A stretch of 64,000 nt of DNA from Octopus vulgaris. Lineage: Eukaryota. The DNA is taken from the NCBI GenBank assembly GCA_951406725.2, contig OX597837.1:33852001-33916000 (forward strand). The letters are read 5' to 3'. Below, piece after piece: positions 27,563 through 40,723 of this stretch (position 1 is the first letter of the stretch; every line of letters starts with the position of its first letter). The position numbers and the translations under genes are program-made. A model generated the notes under the pieces. The model was not told where the DNA came from. It saw only the letters and a list, made by a program, of their open reading frames with translations, and searched no databases.

Positions 27563-27721
27563 ATACACACACACACACACATATACACACACATACACAC
27601 ACACACATATATACACACACACATATACACACACATATATATATATACACACACACACACACATATATATATACACACACACACACACATATATATATAT
27701 ACACACACACACACATACATA

Positions 27722-27761
<40 letters not shown>

Positions 27762-28919
27762 CACACACACATACATATATATATATATACACACACACAT
27801 ACATACATATATATATACACACACACACATACATACATATATATATACACACACACACATACATACATATATATATACACACACACATACATACATATAT
27901 ATATACACACACACACATACATACATATATATATACACACACACACATACATACATATATATATACACACACACACATACATACATATATATATACACAC
28001 ACACACACATACATATATATATACACACACACATACATACATATATATATACACACACACACATACATACATATATATACACACACACACATACATACAT
28101 ATATATACACACACACACACATACATACATATATATATACACACACACATACATATATATATACACACACACACATACATACATATATATATATACACAC
28201 ACACATACATACATATATATATACACACACACACATACATACATATATATATACACACACACACATACATACATATATATATACACACACACACACATAC
28301 ATACATATATATATACACACACACACATACATACATATATATATACACACACACACATACATACATATATATATACACACACACACATACATACATATAT
28401 ATATACACACACACACATACATACATATATATATACACACACACACATACATACATATATATATACACACACACACATACATACATACATATATACACAC
28501 ACACACATACATACATACATATATACACACACACACATACATACATACATATATATATACACACACACACACATACATACATATATATATACACACACAC
28601 ACACATACATACATATATATATACACACACACACACATACATACATATATATATACACACACACACATATACATACATATATATATACACACACACACAT
28701 ATACATACATATATATATACACACACACACATACATACATATATATATACACACACACACATACATACATATATATATACACACACACACATACATACAT
28801 ATATATATACACACACACACATACATACATATATATATACACACACACACATACATACATATATATATACACACACACACATACATACATATATATATAC
28901 ACACACACACATACATACA

Positions 28920-28990
<71 letters not shown>
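27563..28990. repeat. ~1.4 kb (AT)n(AC)n-ATAC compound satellite, ~30-bp period
   Basis: Read directly. Confidence 0.97.
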
Positions 28991-29000
<10 letters not shown>

Positions 29001-29349
29001 TCCAGATAGGCAGGAATCCTAACAGACAGGGATCCAGACATTCAGAAAGGCAGGAAGAGCCAGGCAGACAGGCAAGAGATACAAATTGACAGATAAAGAT
29101 GGAGAGAGATGTAGAGAGACACACAGACAGACAGTGTGAAAGATCAACAACGTATGCATGGAAAGATGAACACAAGTACAAATTCACAGACCTGCATCTT
29201 CAGACACACACACACATACATGAATACAAACATATTCACAGACACACAGATATAGATACACACATTTACAAACACACACACACACAAACGCAGACAGGCA
29301 CCAATATAGTGACCCCCACTAGTTTACCAATATTTATTTTAATATCATG

Positions 29350-30325
29350 GCGGCACGCTGGCAGAATCGTTAGCATGCCAGGCAAAATGCTTAACGGTAT
29401 TTCATCTGCGGCGAACTGGCAGAAACGTTAGGACACCGGGCGAAATGCATAGCCGTATTTCGTCTACCATTACGTTCTGAGTTCAAATTCCGCCGAGGTC
29501 AACTTTGCCTTTCATCCGGGGTCGATAAATTAAGTACCAGTTATGCACTGGGGTCGATGTAATCGACTAAATCCGTTTGTTTGTCCTTGTTTCTCCTCTC
29601 TATGTTTAGCCCCTTGTGGGTAGTAAAGAAATAGGTATTTCATTTGCCACTACGTTCTGAATCCAAATTCCACCAAGGTCAACATTGATTCCATCTTTTC
29701 AGGGTCGATTAAATAAGTACCAGTTATGCACTGGGGTCGATGTAATTGATTTAATCCCTTTGTCTGCCCTTGTTTGTCCTCTCTATGTTTAACCCTCTGG
29801 TGGGCAATAAAGAAATATTTATTTTAATACCTTAAACTCAGAAAAGTGATGGACTGGCAGAATCATTTGCATTTTGGTCAAGATGCTTCGTGGCATTTCA
29901 TCAGCCTTTATGTCCCGAGTTCAAATTCCACCAAGGTCAATGTTGCCATTTATCATTTTGGGGGCAATAAAAAAAGTACCAGTTAAACACTAGGGCTGAT
30001 ATAAGCAACTAGCCCCACTCCCACAAAATTTCAGACCATTTTACCTATAGTAAAGATTATTATTATTATCATTATTATACGTTCTGAGTTCAAATTCCAC
30101 CGAGGTCGACTTTGCTCTTCATCCTTTCAGGATTGATAAATTAAGTACCAGTGAAATACTGAGGTCGATGCAATCAACTAGACCCCTCACCCAAAACTGC
30201 AGGCCTCGTGCCCAGAGTAGAAAAGATTATTATTATTATTAATTATTATTATTATTATTATTATTATTATACGTTCTGAGTTCAAATTCTGCTAAGGTCA
30301 TCTCTGCTTTTCATCATTTCAGGAT
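29350..30325 (+). mobile_element. Tandem family A SINEs
   Basis: Repeated GAGTTCAAATTCC..GAGGTC(G/A)AC units. Confidence 0.8.
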
Positions 30326-30326
30326 T

Positions 30327-30528
30327 ACTCTTTTATTTGTTTCAGTCATTTGACTGTGGCCATGCTGGAGCACCGCCTTTAGTCGAGCAAATCGACCCCA
30401 GGACTTATTCTTTGTAAGCCTAGTAATTATTCTATTGGCCTCTTTTGCCAAACCGCTAAGTTATGGGGACATAAACACACCAGCATTGGTTGTCAAGTGA
30501 TGTCTGGGGGACAAACACACAAACATAT

Positions 30529-30575
<47 letters not shown>

Positions 30576-30732
30576 GCTTCTTTCAGTTTCCGTCTACCAA
30601 ATCCACTCACAAGGCTTTGGTTGGCCCAAGGCTATAGTAGAAGACACTCGCCCAAGGTCCCACGCAGTGGGAATGAACCTGGAACCATGTGGTTCGTAAG
30701 CAAGCTACTTACCACACAGCCACTCCTATGCC
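30327..30732 (-). mobile_element. Family B SINE, full length
   Basis: Matches the 10440 and 40316 copies. Confidence 0.85.
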
Positions 30733-30840
30733 TATCTGATTGATAAATTAAGTACCAGTGAAACACTGGGGCTGATGTAATCGACTAAACCCTCCACCAA
30801 AATTTCAGGCCTTGTGCCTAGAGTAGAAAGGATTATTATT

Positions 30841-30879
<39 letters not shown>

Positions 30880-31544
30880 GCAGTGAGCTGTCACAATCAT
30901 TAGCACACCAGCCTAAATGCTTAGTGGTGCTTCCTCTGGATTTTTACATTCCGAGTTCAAACCTTGGCAAAGTCAACTTTGACTTTCATCCTTACAATTA
31001 ATTAATCAATTGGTTAATTGTAGTCTCAGAAATCTGATAAAGATGGTTCTGCAAGTTTCTAGTTGAACAACCTACACAGATGATTTGTGTAAAACAATCA
31101 AAAGTTTGTGCTGTACTTTAGCCGATGCCCTACAGCAAATCCACATTGCCTGTACAGGGGCACAAGTGTGCCACAAGTCAGATGGCAAAGTGATCGCAGT
31201 GACACGAGATGAAGTATTATGCTTAGGAACACAACACAGCAGCCAGACCTGGACTGGCTGGACTGTTCAGGAATTGAAACCACTATCTGCTGCCTTTGTG
31301 GTACAGTATGGGTGGGTGGTGAGAGATGGGCAGCTGAATGATATGTAATTAGAAGAGGTCAGCATGGATTTGCAGATCCTTATGGACTCACAAAACCCAG
31401 TTGTTAGCATAGAAATATGAGCAGTGCGACTGATGGTGCAGAGCAGAAGACCCAGCTGCTATATTTGTGGCAGCAAAAGCCACTTAAAGGATCCTTGCCC
31501 TGAGGAGTTAACTTGCAGTTATTAAAGAAAATATAATTATTATC

Positions 31545-31925
31545 ATCATCATTATCATCATCGTTTGGCGTCCGTTTTCCATGCTAGCATGGGTTGGACG
31601 GTTCAACTGGGGTCTGGGGAGCCAGAAGGCTGCACCAGGCACTAATCTAATCTGGCAATGTTTCTACAGCTGGATGCGCTTCCTAACGCCAACCACTCCA
31701 TGAGTGCAGTGGGTGCTTTTTACGTGCCACCGGCGCAGGTGCCAGACGAGGCTGGCAAACGGCCATGATCAGATGGTGCTTTTTACGTGCCACCAGCACG
31801 GGGGCCAGGCGAGGCTGGCAATGGCCACGAACGGATGGTTTTTTTTACGTGCCACCGGCATGGGGGCGAGGCGAGGCTGGCAACGGTCACAAACGGATGG
31901 TGTTTTTTACGTGCCACCGGCATGA
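31545..31925 (-). mobile_element. RTE-tail SINE/LINE 3' end with (GAT)n tail and internal ~58-bp repeats (family D)
   Basis: CATCATC-GTT..CGTCCG..TTCCATGCTAGCATGGGTTGGACGG; other copies near 1657, 3300, 23200, 23995, 60982, 61690 and 61920. Confidence 0.75.
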
Positions 31926-32201
31926 AGGCAACAAGCTGGCAGAATCATTAACACACCGAGTGAAATGCTTAGCAGTATTTTGTCTGCTGCTATGTTCTGA
32001 GTTCAAGTTCAGCTGAGGTCAACTTTGCCTTTCATCCTTTCGGGGTCAAATAAATTAAGTACCAGTCAAGTACTGGGGGTCGATGTAATCGATTATTACC
32101 CTCCCGCCAATTTCAGACCTTGTGCCTATAGTAGAAAGGATTATTAATAATAATAATTTATGAAGGTTGATGTCATTCTTCACAAAGGTAAATAGACAAT
32201 T

Positions 32202-32587
32202 GTGGAGGCGCAATGGCCCAGTGGTTAGGGCAGCGGACTCGCGGTCATAGGATCGCGGTTTCGATTCCCAGACCGGGCGTTGTAAGTGTTTATTGAGTGA
32301 AAACACCTAAAGCTCCACAAGGCTCCGGCAGGGGATGGTGGTGATCCCTGCTGTACTCTTTCACCACAACTTTCTCTCACTCTTACTTCCTGTTTCTGTT
32401 GTACCTGTATTTCAAGGGGCCGGCCTTGTCACTCTCTGTGTCACACTGAATATCCCCGAGAACTACGTTATGGGTGCACGTGTCTGTGGAGTGCTCAGCC
32501 ACTTACACGTTAATTTCACGAGCAGGCTGTTCCGTTGATTCGGATCAACCGGAACCCTCATCGTCGTAACCGACGGAGTGCTTCCAC
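32202..32587 (+). mobile_element. Young tRNA-derived SINE (family C), full length
   Basis: A/B-box head GGCGCAATGGCCCAGTGG...GTTTCGATTCCC; 11-bp TSD AAATAGACAAT at 32190-32200 / 32588-32598. Confidence 0.92.
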
Positions 32588-32655
32588 AAATAGACAATAA
32601 CTTATTGAACAAGAAGAGTATCTTGTGATATGTAATTGGTTGTTTGTTTAACAGT

Positions 32656-32698
32656 TTGAATGATATTTCAACAGCTCGGCTGTCTTCTTCAGGTTCAA
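32656..32698 (-). ncRNA. Minimal type I hammerhead motif in a fold-back remnant
   Basis: TTGAAC CTGAAGA A GACAGC-CGA-GCTGTT GAAA TA TC|ATTCAA; partial inverted copy at ~32732-32767. Confidence 0.65.
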
Positions 32699-32943
32699 AA
32701 TGTAAAATAAACCCAAAGACAGACAGATGATCTGTTGGAATATCATTCAAAACCATTAAACAAACAATCTATTAAAATCACATCAGGCTCTTTTCATTGT
32801 ATTATTACACGGACTTTTTTCTTTTGAAAAACGGACAACACGGTGATCTCATATCAAGATGAACAGTGCATGAGCTTGTAGGTGGGGCCCCAGTTAGAAT
32901 TTTCTTCAGATCAAGTAGCCCCATCCTGCTCAAACGGTCCTTG

Positions 32944-32980
<37 letters not shown>

Positions 32981-33189
32981 CACTTGTCGAAGCGTCTCCT
33001 CTATTGGGAGTTTTATAAATTGTTGAACTTTTTTGTTGTTGTAAAGCTTGTTTACACGGACTTTTTTCCTTCGAAAACCGGACAAAACCTTTTGTAACCT
33101 TTCGTCCTGTTTTGTCCCTTTATGTTTTCCAATCATGTTTGTCAGCCCTTGTGGCCAATAAAAAGAATTAATTATTATTATTATTATTG

Positions 33190-33583
33190 TTGTTTTACTT
33201 TTCTGAGTACCCAATCTTGTTTGCTCTGGGAGATTCTGTGAGAGAGGACAGCAGCCTGCTGTTAGAGATCTCACGGGGCCTCATTATAAGCTTTAGCACT
33301 TGACTGTTAGTTATCATGGGAGACATTCAGCATCTCAGTACCGATCTCCAAATCCTACCTGTCCCCAGCAGAGCAACATTTTGGGCTTGCTCTGCTCTCA
33401 TGTCAATTCTGATTTCTCTGACATATTTCTAGAACTTGGTTGTTAGTGTTCCAAGTACCCCCAACAACTACTGGAATGACAGAGTACTCTCCTCGTAGTC
33501 CACATTCTTGCAATTCCATCTTTTAGTAGTTTGTACTTTCTTGTGTTTTGTCATTTATGCTTACATCCCCAGGTATAGCAGGT
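33190..33583 (-). mobile_element. R4/Dong-like non-LTR retrotransposon 3' fragment inserted in (TAA)n
   Basis: Frameshifted AIPGD...KYKLLKDGIARMW...VIPVVVG-LGT...ALLGTGRIL, with (ATT)n on both sides. Confidence 0.78.
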
Positions 33584-33609
33584 ATTATTATTATTATTAT
33601 TATTATTAT

Positions 33610-34000
33610 ACTCTTTTACCTGTTTCAGTCATTTGACTGTGGCCATGCTGGAGCACCGCCTTTAGTCGAACAAACTGATCCCAGGACTTATTTTTTGTAA
33701 GCCTAGTACTTAATCTATCGGTCTCTTTTGCCGAGCTGCTAAGTTAGGGGATGTAAACACACCAGCATCGGTTGTCAAGCAATGTTAGGGGGACAAACAC
33801 AGACACATAAACATATACACACACAATATATATATATATATATATATACAACGGGCTTATTTCAGTTTCTGTCTACCAAATCCATTCACAAGGCTTTAGT
33901 CGGCCTGATGCTATAGTAGAAGACACTTGCCCAAGGTGCCACGCAGTGGGACTGAACCCGGAACCATGTGGGTGGTAAGCAAGCTACTTACCACACAGCC
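33610..34000 (-). mobile_element. Family B SINE
   Basis: Matches other copies. Confidence 0.85.
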
Positions 34001-34451
34001 GTGGTGAGCTGGCAGAATTGTTAGCATGCCAGGCAAAATGTTTAGCAGCATTTTGTCCATGTTTATGATTGAAATTCAAATTCCTCCAAGGTTGATTTTG
34101 CCTTTCATCCTTTTGGGGTCGATGAAAAAAGTACCAGTTGCACACTGGGGTCGATGTAATTGACTAGTCCACACACCCAAAATTTCAGGCCTATAAAATT
34201 GAGCCTATAGTAGAAAGGATTATTATTATTATTATTATTAAGGTGAAGAACTGGCAGAATCATTAGCATGCTGAGAAAAATGTTTAACAGCATTTCGTCT
34301 GTGTTTACGCTCCAAGTTCAAATTCCACTGAAGTCAACTTTGCCTTCCATCCTTTCAGGGTCAATAAAGTAAGTACCAGTTGAACACTGGGTTCAATATA
34401 ATCTACTTCCCTCTCCCTCAAAATTGCTCACCTTGCACCAAAATTTGAAAC

Positions 34452-34482
<31 letters not shown>

Positions 34483-35165
34483 GGCAGTGAGTGGCAGAAT
34501 CGTTAGCACGCCAGGTGAAATGCTTAGTGGTATTCTGTCTGTCTTTACATTCTGAGTTCAAATTCCACCCAGGTCGACTTTACCTTTCATCCTTTTGGGG
34601 TTGATAAATTAAGTACCAGTTGCATACTGGGGTCAATCTAATCGACTGGCCCCCTCCCCAAAAATTCTTGGCCTTGTGCCTGAAGCAGAAAGGATTATAA
34701 TTCGTATTAAAGCAGTGAGCTGGCAGAATCATTAGCACGTGGGGGAAAATGCTTAGTGGCATTTCATCTGCTGCTATGTTCTGAGTTCAAATTCAGCCGA
34801 GGTCAACCTTGCCTTTCATCCTTTCGGGGTCAATGAAATAAGTACAAGTTATGCTCTGGGGTCAATGTAATTGACTAGCCCCCATCCCACCAAAATTTTC
34901 TAGGCCTTGTGCCTAGAATAGAAATTATTATTATTATCATAAAGGTGGCAAACTGGCAGAATTGTCAGCACACCAGGTGAAATGCTTAGCAATATTTCGT
35001 CCACCTTTATGTTCTGAGTTCAAATTCCACAAAGGTTGACTTTGCCTTTCATCCTTTCAGGATCGATAAATTAAGTATCAGTCAAGTGCTGGGGGGGGGT
35101 CGATGTAATAGACTATCCCCCTCCCCACAAATTCCAGGTCTTGTACAAAATAGTAGAAAAGATTA
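34001..35165 (+). mobile_element. Head-to-tail array of five family A SINEs
   Basis: ~230-bp units starting TGGCAGAAT, separated by (ATT)n. Confidence 0.85.
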
Positions 35166-35332
35166 TTGCTTTTACCATTACCTGATACTGACCAAAGGTG
35201 AAACCACCTCCGCCCCACTGTCTCTCACCAGACTCACCCTCCTGCCTAACATAAAAATGGTTTTTCTTGGCTAAATAAGTGAACTGCTATCAGAGTTATC
35301 TGAGAAAAGATGTCAGGTTACGAGAAAGGTTA

Positions 35333-36266
35333 ATTATTATTTGATCTCATTCTGAAGATAACCAGCTGTTGGATCTCTAAAAAAAACTGTTCGGAATATT
35401 CTGGAAGAAATCTTATCTTTCTTAAACTTTTCACACTGAAATTAATCTGAAGTGAGGTCATCTAACCATCTTGGCAATTAATGTTGCTGCTGTTACACTG
35501 GTAGTCATATATTTATAGATATTGCATGGCACCTTGGGCAAGTGTCTTCTACTATAGCTTCGGGGTTGACCAAAGCCTTGTGAGTGGACATAAACACATC
35601 AACATTGGTAGTCAAATGGTGGACACACACACACACACACACACACACCTGATAGGCGTCTTTCAGTTTCTGTCTACCAAATCCACTCACAAGGCTTTGG
35701 TCAGCCCAAAGCTATATTAGAAGACACTTGCCCAAGGTGCCATGCAATATCATTTGTACAGGTCATTCAACAAAAGCTGAACACTCATACATTGACTTTG
35801 ATGGGAGAGTCCATCATTATTACTCTTTTCTACTCTAAGCACAAGGCCCGAAATTTTGGGGGAGTGCAGGGATAGTCAATTAGATCGATCCCAGTACATA
35901 ACTGGTACTTAATTTATTATTATTTGCTCTCATTCTGAAGATAACCAGCTGTTGGATCTCTAAAAAAAACTGTTCAGAATATTCTGGAAGAAATCTTATC
36001 TTTCTTAAACTTTTCACACTGAAATTAATCTGAAGTGAGGTCATCTAACCATCTGGGCAATTAATGTTGCTGCTGTTACACTGGTAGTCATATATTTATA
36101 GATATTGCATGGCACCTTGGGCAAGTGTCTTCTACTATAGCTTCGGGGTTGACCAAAACCTTGTGAGTGGATTTGGTAGACAGAAACTGAAAGACGCCTA
36201 TCAGGTGTGTGTGTGTATGTGTGTGTGTGTCCACCATTTGACTACCAATGTTGGTGTGTTTATGTC
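35333..36266. repeat. Duplication / inverted segment / duplication rearrangement
   Basis: 35333-35588 matches 35918-36170; 35586-35751 is the reverse complement of 36101-36266. Confidence 0.85.
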
Positions 36267-36538
36267 CCTGTGATTTAGCAGTTTGGCAAAAGAGACCAAT
36301 AGAAGTATTTGGCTTAAAAAAAAAAAAATAGTGGGGGTCAATTCAACTAAAAAATTCAAGGCAGTGCCCCAGCATGACCACAATCTAATGACTACCTTTG
36401 CCCATATAATACAGTAAATGAATTGATTGCATCGCAATCCTTAACATTTATGTATTAACTTTGTTGGGTACTTCACTAGCAGTATATTGGATATATATTA
36501 TCCCATGGAGGGTTGCATTTACAACCCCTATCTCAATT

Positions 36539-36578
<40 letters not shown>

Positions 36579-37144
36579 ACATCTATTTTCCAAGCTGGCA
36601 TGCATAGATTGGATGGTTTGATAAGATTCAGTGAGCCACAGGTCTGCATTGTGATTTGTGTCAGCTTAGGTATAGTTTCTACAGCTGAATGCCAAGAAAG
36701 GTAGGAAAAAAAAAACAGAAAGAAAGGGAAACAGACTTTAGATGCATAGAAACTATATTGATTCTAGCCACCATAGCTGATGAGAGACACTATATTTAAC
36801 TGTCTTTTCCCTTTAATTGTTTTCAGATTTCACTATTTATATTCACTCTGATGTGTGTGTGAGAGAGAGACTTACTAATGCTTTAATTCTCTTTATTTCA
36901 AAGTGGTGCTCTAGCATGGCCTTTAGCTGTGATGGTTAAAAACAGAACTAAGTTTCCCATGCTGACATACAAACAATAATTGATATAAATCAATAGACAA
37001 TGAGGAGTAAGAGAGTAGAGACAACACGTGCTACCAAATATTATATTTCATATATCAGATAACTTGTAGATAACACATGCTATCAAAAAACGATGTACTT
37101 TATGTATCAGGGTTCAAACCATGTTAATATCAATATTGTAATGT

Positions 37145-37539
37145 GGAATGGAATGGAAGCACTCCGTCGGTTACGACGATGAGGGTTCCGATTGATCCGA
37201 ATCAACGGAACAGCCTGCTCGTGAAATTAACGTGTAAGTGGCTGAGCACTCCACAGACACGTGTACCCTTAACGTAGTTCTCAGGGATATTCAGCGTGAC
37301 ACAGAGAGTGACAAGGCCGGCCCTTTGAAATACAGGTACAACAGAAACAGGAAGTAAGAGTGAGAGGAAGTTGTGGTGAAAGAGTACAGCAGGGATCACC
37401 ACCATCCCCTGCCGGAGCCTCGTGGAGCTTTTAGGTGTTTTCGCTCAATAAACACTTACAACGCCCGGTCTGGGAATCGAAACCGCGATCCTACGACCGC
37501 GAGTCCGCTGCCCTAACCACTGGGCCATTATGCCTCCAC
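37145..37539 (-). mobile_element. Family C SINE, full length
   Basis: TSD TATTGTAATGT at 37134-37144 / 37540-37550; (TTCCA)n tail. Confidence 0.92.
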
Positions 37540-38289
37540 TATTGTAATGTAATATGGTGAGGGCCCATGGCCTTGTGGTCATGGTGTTGCACTCATGATT
37601 GCAAGATCTTTGGTTCTGTGATCAGTTTTGTCATCTGAAGTGTGGCACATTGCACACCTGTACAGGTGATGCTGATTTGATGGTGGTGGTGGGGAGGGAG
37701 GGAGGGAGTCAATATACAGCATGAGTATATTTGATCACTATAACTCTTTAGTGTTCAAACTGGCCATATCTGGCCAAAATAGCCTCAAACTGGCCAGATC
37801 TGGCCTCTCACACCAACCCCACAATATCATTCTAAAATTAACAGTTCTCTCTTCAAAATCTCAAAGTTACAAGATAATGCAGGATTAATTCAAAACAAGG
37901 TAAACAAATAAACATTATATTTGACAGAGTGAAGGTGCATGGCTCAGTGGTTAGAGCATCGGACTCACAATCATGAGATAGTGAGTTCGATTCCTGGACT
38001 GGGCTGTGTGTTGTGTTCTTGAGCAAGACACTTTATTTCACATTGCCCCGGTTCACTCAGCTGTAGAAATAATTTGTGACATCTTTGGTACCAAGCTGTA
38101 TCGGCCCCTTTGCCTTTCCCTTGGATAACATCAGTGGTGAGGAGAGGGTGAGGCTGGTATGCATGGGCGACTGCTGGTCTTTCATAAACAACCGTACCTG
38201 GGCTTGTGCCTCAGAGGGGAACACTCTAGGTGCAATCCCATGGTCATTCGTGACCTAAGGAGGTCTTTACCCTTTTGCCCTATATTTCA

Positions 38290-39390
38290 TCTATCTTTTA
38301 CATTCTAAGTTCAAATTCCACCAAGGTTGACTTTGCCTTCTATCCTTTCAGGATTGAAGAAATAAGTACCAGTTATGCACTGGGGGTTGATGTAATTAAC
38401 TAGTCCCTTCCTCCAGAATTTCAGGACTTGTGCTGAAAGTAGGAAGGCTTATTATTAAGTTGACAGGGCCATTAGCATGTCAGACAAACTACTTCACAGA
38501 ATTTCTTCCAATTTTACATTCCCAAGTTCAAACTCTACCAAGGATCACTTTGCTTTCCATTCTTTCCGGGTCATTAAAACAAGTGCCGGTCAAGTACTAG
38601 GGTCAATAAAAATCAACTAACCCCCACCCCTATCCCCATCCCCTAAAACTCACAGGCTTTGTGTCTATAGAAGAAATTATGATTATTATGATTATTATTA
38701 TTATTATTATTGGTAAGACGGCAAGATGGCAGAATCAATACCATGAAGGACAAAATTAGCAAAATTTCTTCTGGGCCCCTTGTTCCAAGTTCAAATCCCA
38801 CCAAGGCTGACGTTGTCTTTCATTCTTCCAAGGTCAATAAGATAAGTACCAGTCAATTGCTGGGGGTCAATATAATAGACAAGTCCCCTCCCGTCAAAAT
38901 TTCAAGCCTTCTGTAAAATAAGATTATTGTAATTATTATCGTTAAGGCTGTGAGCTGGCAGACTCGTTAGCACACTGGACAAAATGCTTAGCGGTATTTC
39001 ACCCATTGCTATGCTCTGAATTCAAATTCCGCCAAGGTCACCTTTACCTTTCATCCTTCTAGGGTCAATAAATTAAGTACCAGTGAAACACTGGGGTCGA
39101 TGTAATCAACTAGTCCCCTGCCCCAAAATTTCAAGGGCTTGTACCTTCAGTAGAAAGGGTTATTATTGTTAAGGCAGTGAGCTGGCAGAATCATTAGCAA
39201 TGTTGGATGAAATGTTTAGCAGTATTTCACCCGTCGCTATGTTCTGAGTTCAAATTCTGCCGAGGTCAACTTTGCCTTTCATCCTTTCAGGGTTGATAAA
39301 TTAAGTACCAGTCAAGTGCTGGGGTTGATGAAATCGGTTTATCCCCTTCTCCAAAATTGCTGCCCTTGTGGCAAAATCTGAAACCATTAT
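38290..39390 (+). mobile_element. Head-to-tail array of family A SINEs of differing ages
   Basis: Same unit structure as 34001-35165. Confidence 0.8.
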
Positions 39391-40315
39391 TATTGCTGTT
39401 GTTACTGAAGCACCATACAGAGGGGTTGAACACAGAATCATACGATTTCAATGTGAATATGTTAATCTCATGGCTACGTGTGTCTTTACACATGTATCAC
39501 TACTACTACTACTGCTACTACTACTACTACAGGACTCAGCAAGGCTGCCAGGCTATTTATTGCTGAATATTTATTGTAGCTAGGTCATGGGAAAATAGCA
39601 TGTGTGTGTGTGTGTGTGCATGTATTTGTGTGCGTGATGTCTACACAGTGTTACATCACACATCACATCCATCCATGAACAAACAAGGACGTTTGCAAGG
39701 CCACTCGACCTGCTAGAAATAATAGTTAAATCTGCCTCAAATGACACTAATATCTTTTTTAAAAAAATACCATATCTTTAAAAACAAGGCAAAATGATCA
39801 TGGCGAGCTGGCAGAAACGTTAGCACGCCGGGTGAAATGCTAAGCGGTATTTCATCTGCCGTTACATTGTGAGTTCAAATTCCGCCAAGGTCGACTTTGC
39901 CTTTCATCCTTTCGGGGTCGATAAATTAAGTACCAGTTACGCACTGGGGTCGATGTAATCGACTTAATACCTATGTCTGTCCTTGTTTGTCCCCTCTGTG
40001 TTTAGCCCCTTGTGGGTAATAAAGAAATAGGTATAGGATCATAGGCTACCAAGGGTTAAACAGCATTTTCAGAATCATTAGCACATCAAATGAAATGCCT
40101 TGTGGTGTTTAGTAACTACCCCTTATGTTCTAGGGAGATGGTTGAGAGAGTACCAGTTGTACTGGGTGGGGGTCAGTTTATGTTCCTGGAAAGCATCTTT
40201 GGATGTGAACAGAATTATAAGATTAAAACATAATACATTTCTGTTTGATACAAAAAAAAAATTCATTTTTCTTTTAGAAAAAATGCCCTGTGTTTTAGAT
40301 AGTTACAGCAACTAT

Positions 40316-40531
40316 TTTACTCTTTTACTTGTTTCAGTCATTTGACTGCGGCCATGCTGGAGCACCGCCTTTTAGTCAAGCAAATCGACCCCCAGGACTT
40401 ATTCTTTGTAAGCCCAGTACTTATTCTATCGGTCTCTTTTGCTGAGCCGCTAAGCGACGGGGACATAAACACACCAGCATCGGTTGTCAAGCATAGCTTG
40501 GGGGACAAACATAGATACACAAACATACACG

Positions 40532-40566
<35 letters not shown>

Positions 40567-40723
40567 GACGGGCTTCTTTCAGTTTCCGTCTACCAAATCC
40601 ACTCACAAGGCTTTGGTCGGCCCGAGGCTATAGTAGAAGACACTCGCCCAAGGTGCCACGCAGTGGGATTGAACCCAGAACCATGTGGTTGGTAAGCAAG
40701 CTACTTACCACACAGCCACTCCT
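40316..40723 (-). mobile_element. Family B SINE, full length, young
   Basis: Near-consensus copy with intact CpGs. Confidence 0.88.

Noticed and set aside
27514-29187. ~500-aa ORFs on both strands
   Set aside because: AT/AC satellite artefacts.
32202-32280. tRNA-like sequence (also at 37460-37539 and 59290-59367)
   Set aside because: SINE heads with TSDs and a shared 300-bp body; no proper acceptor stem, so not tRNA genes.
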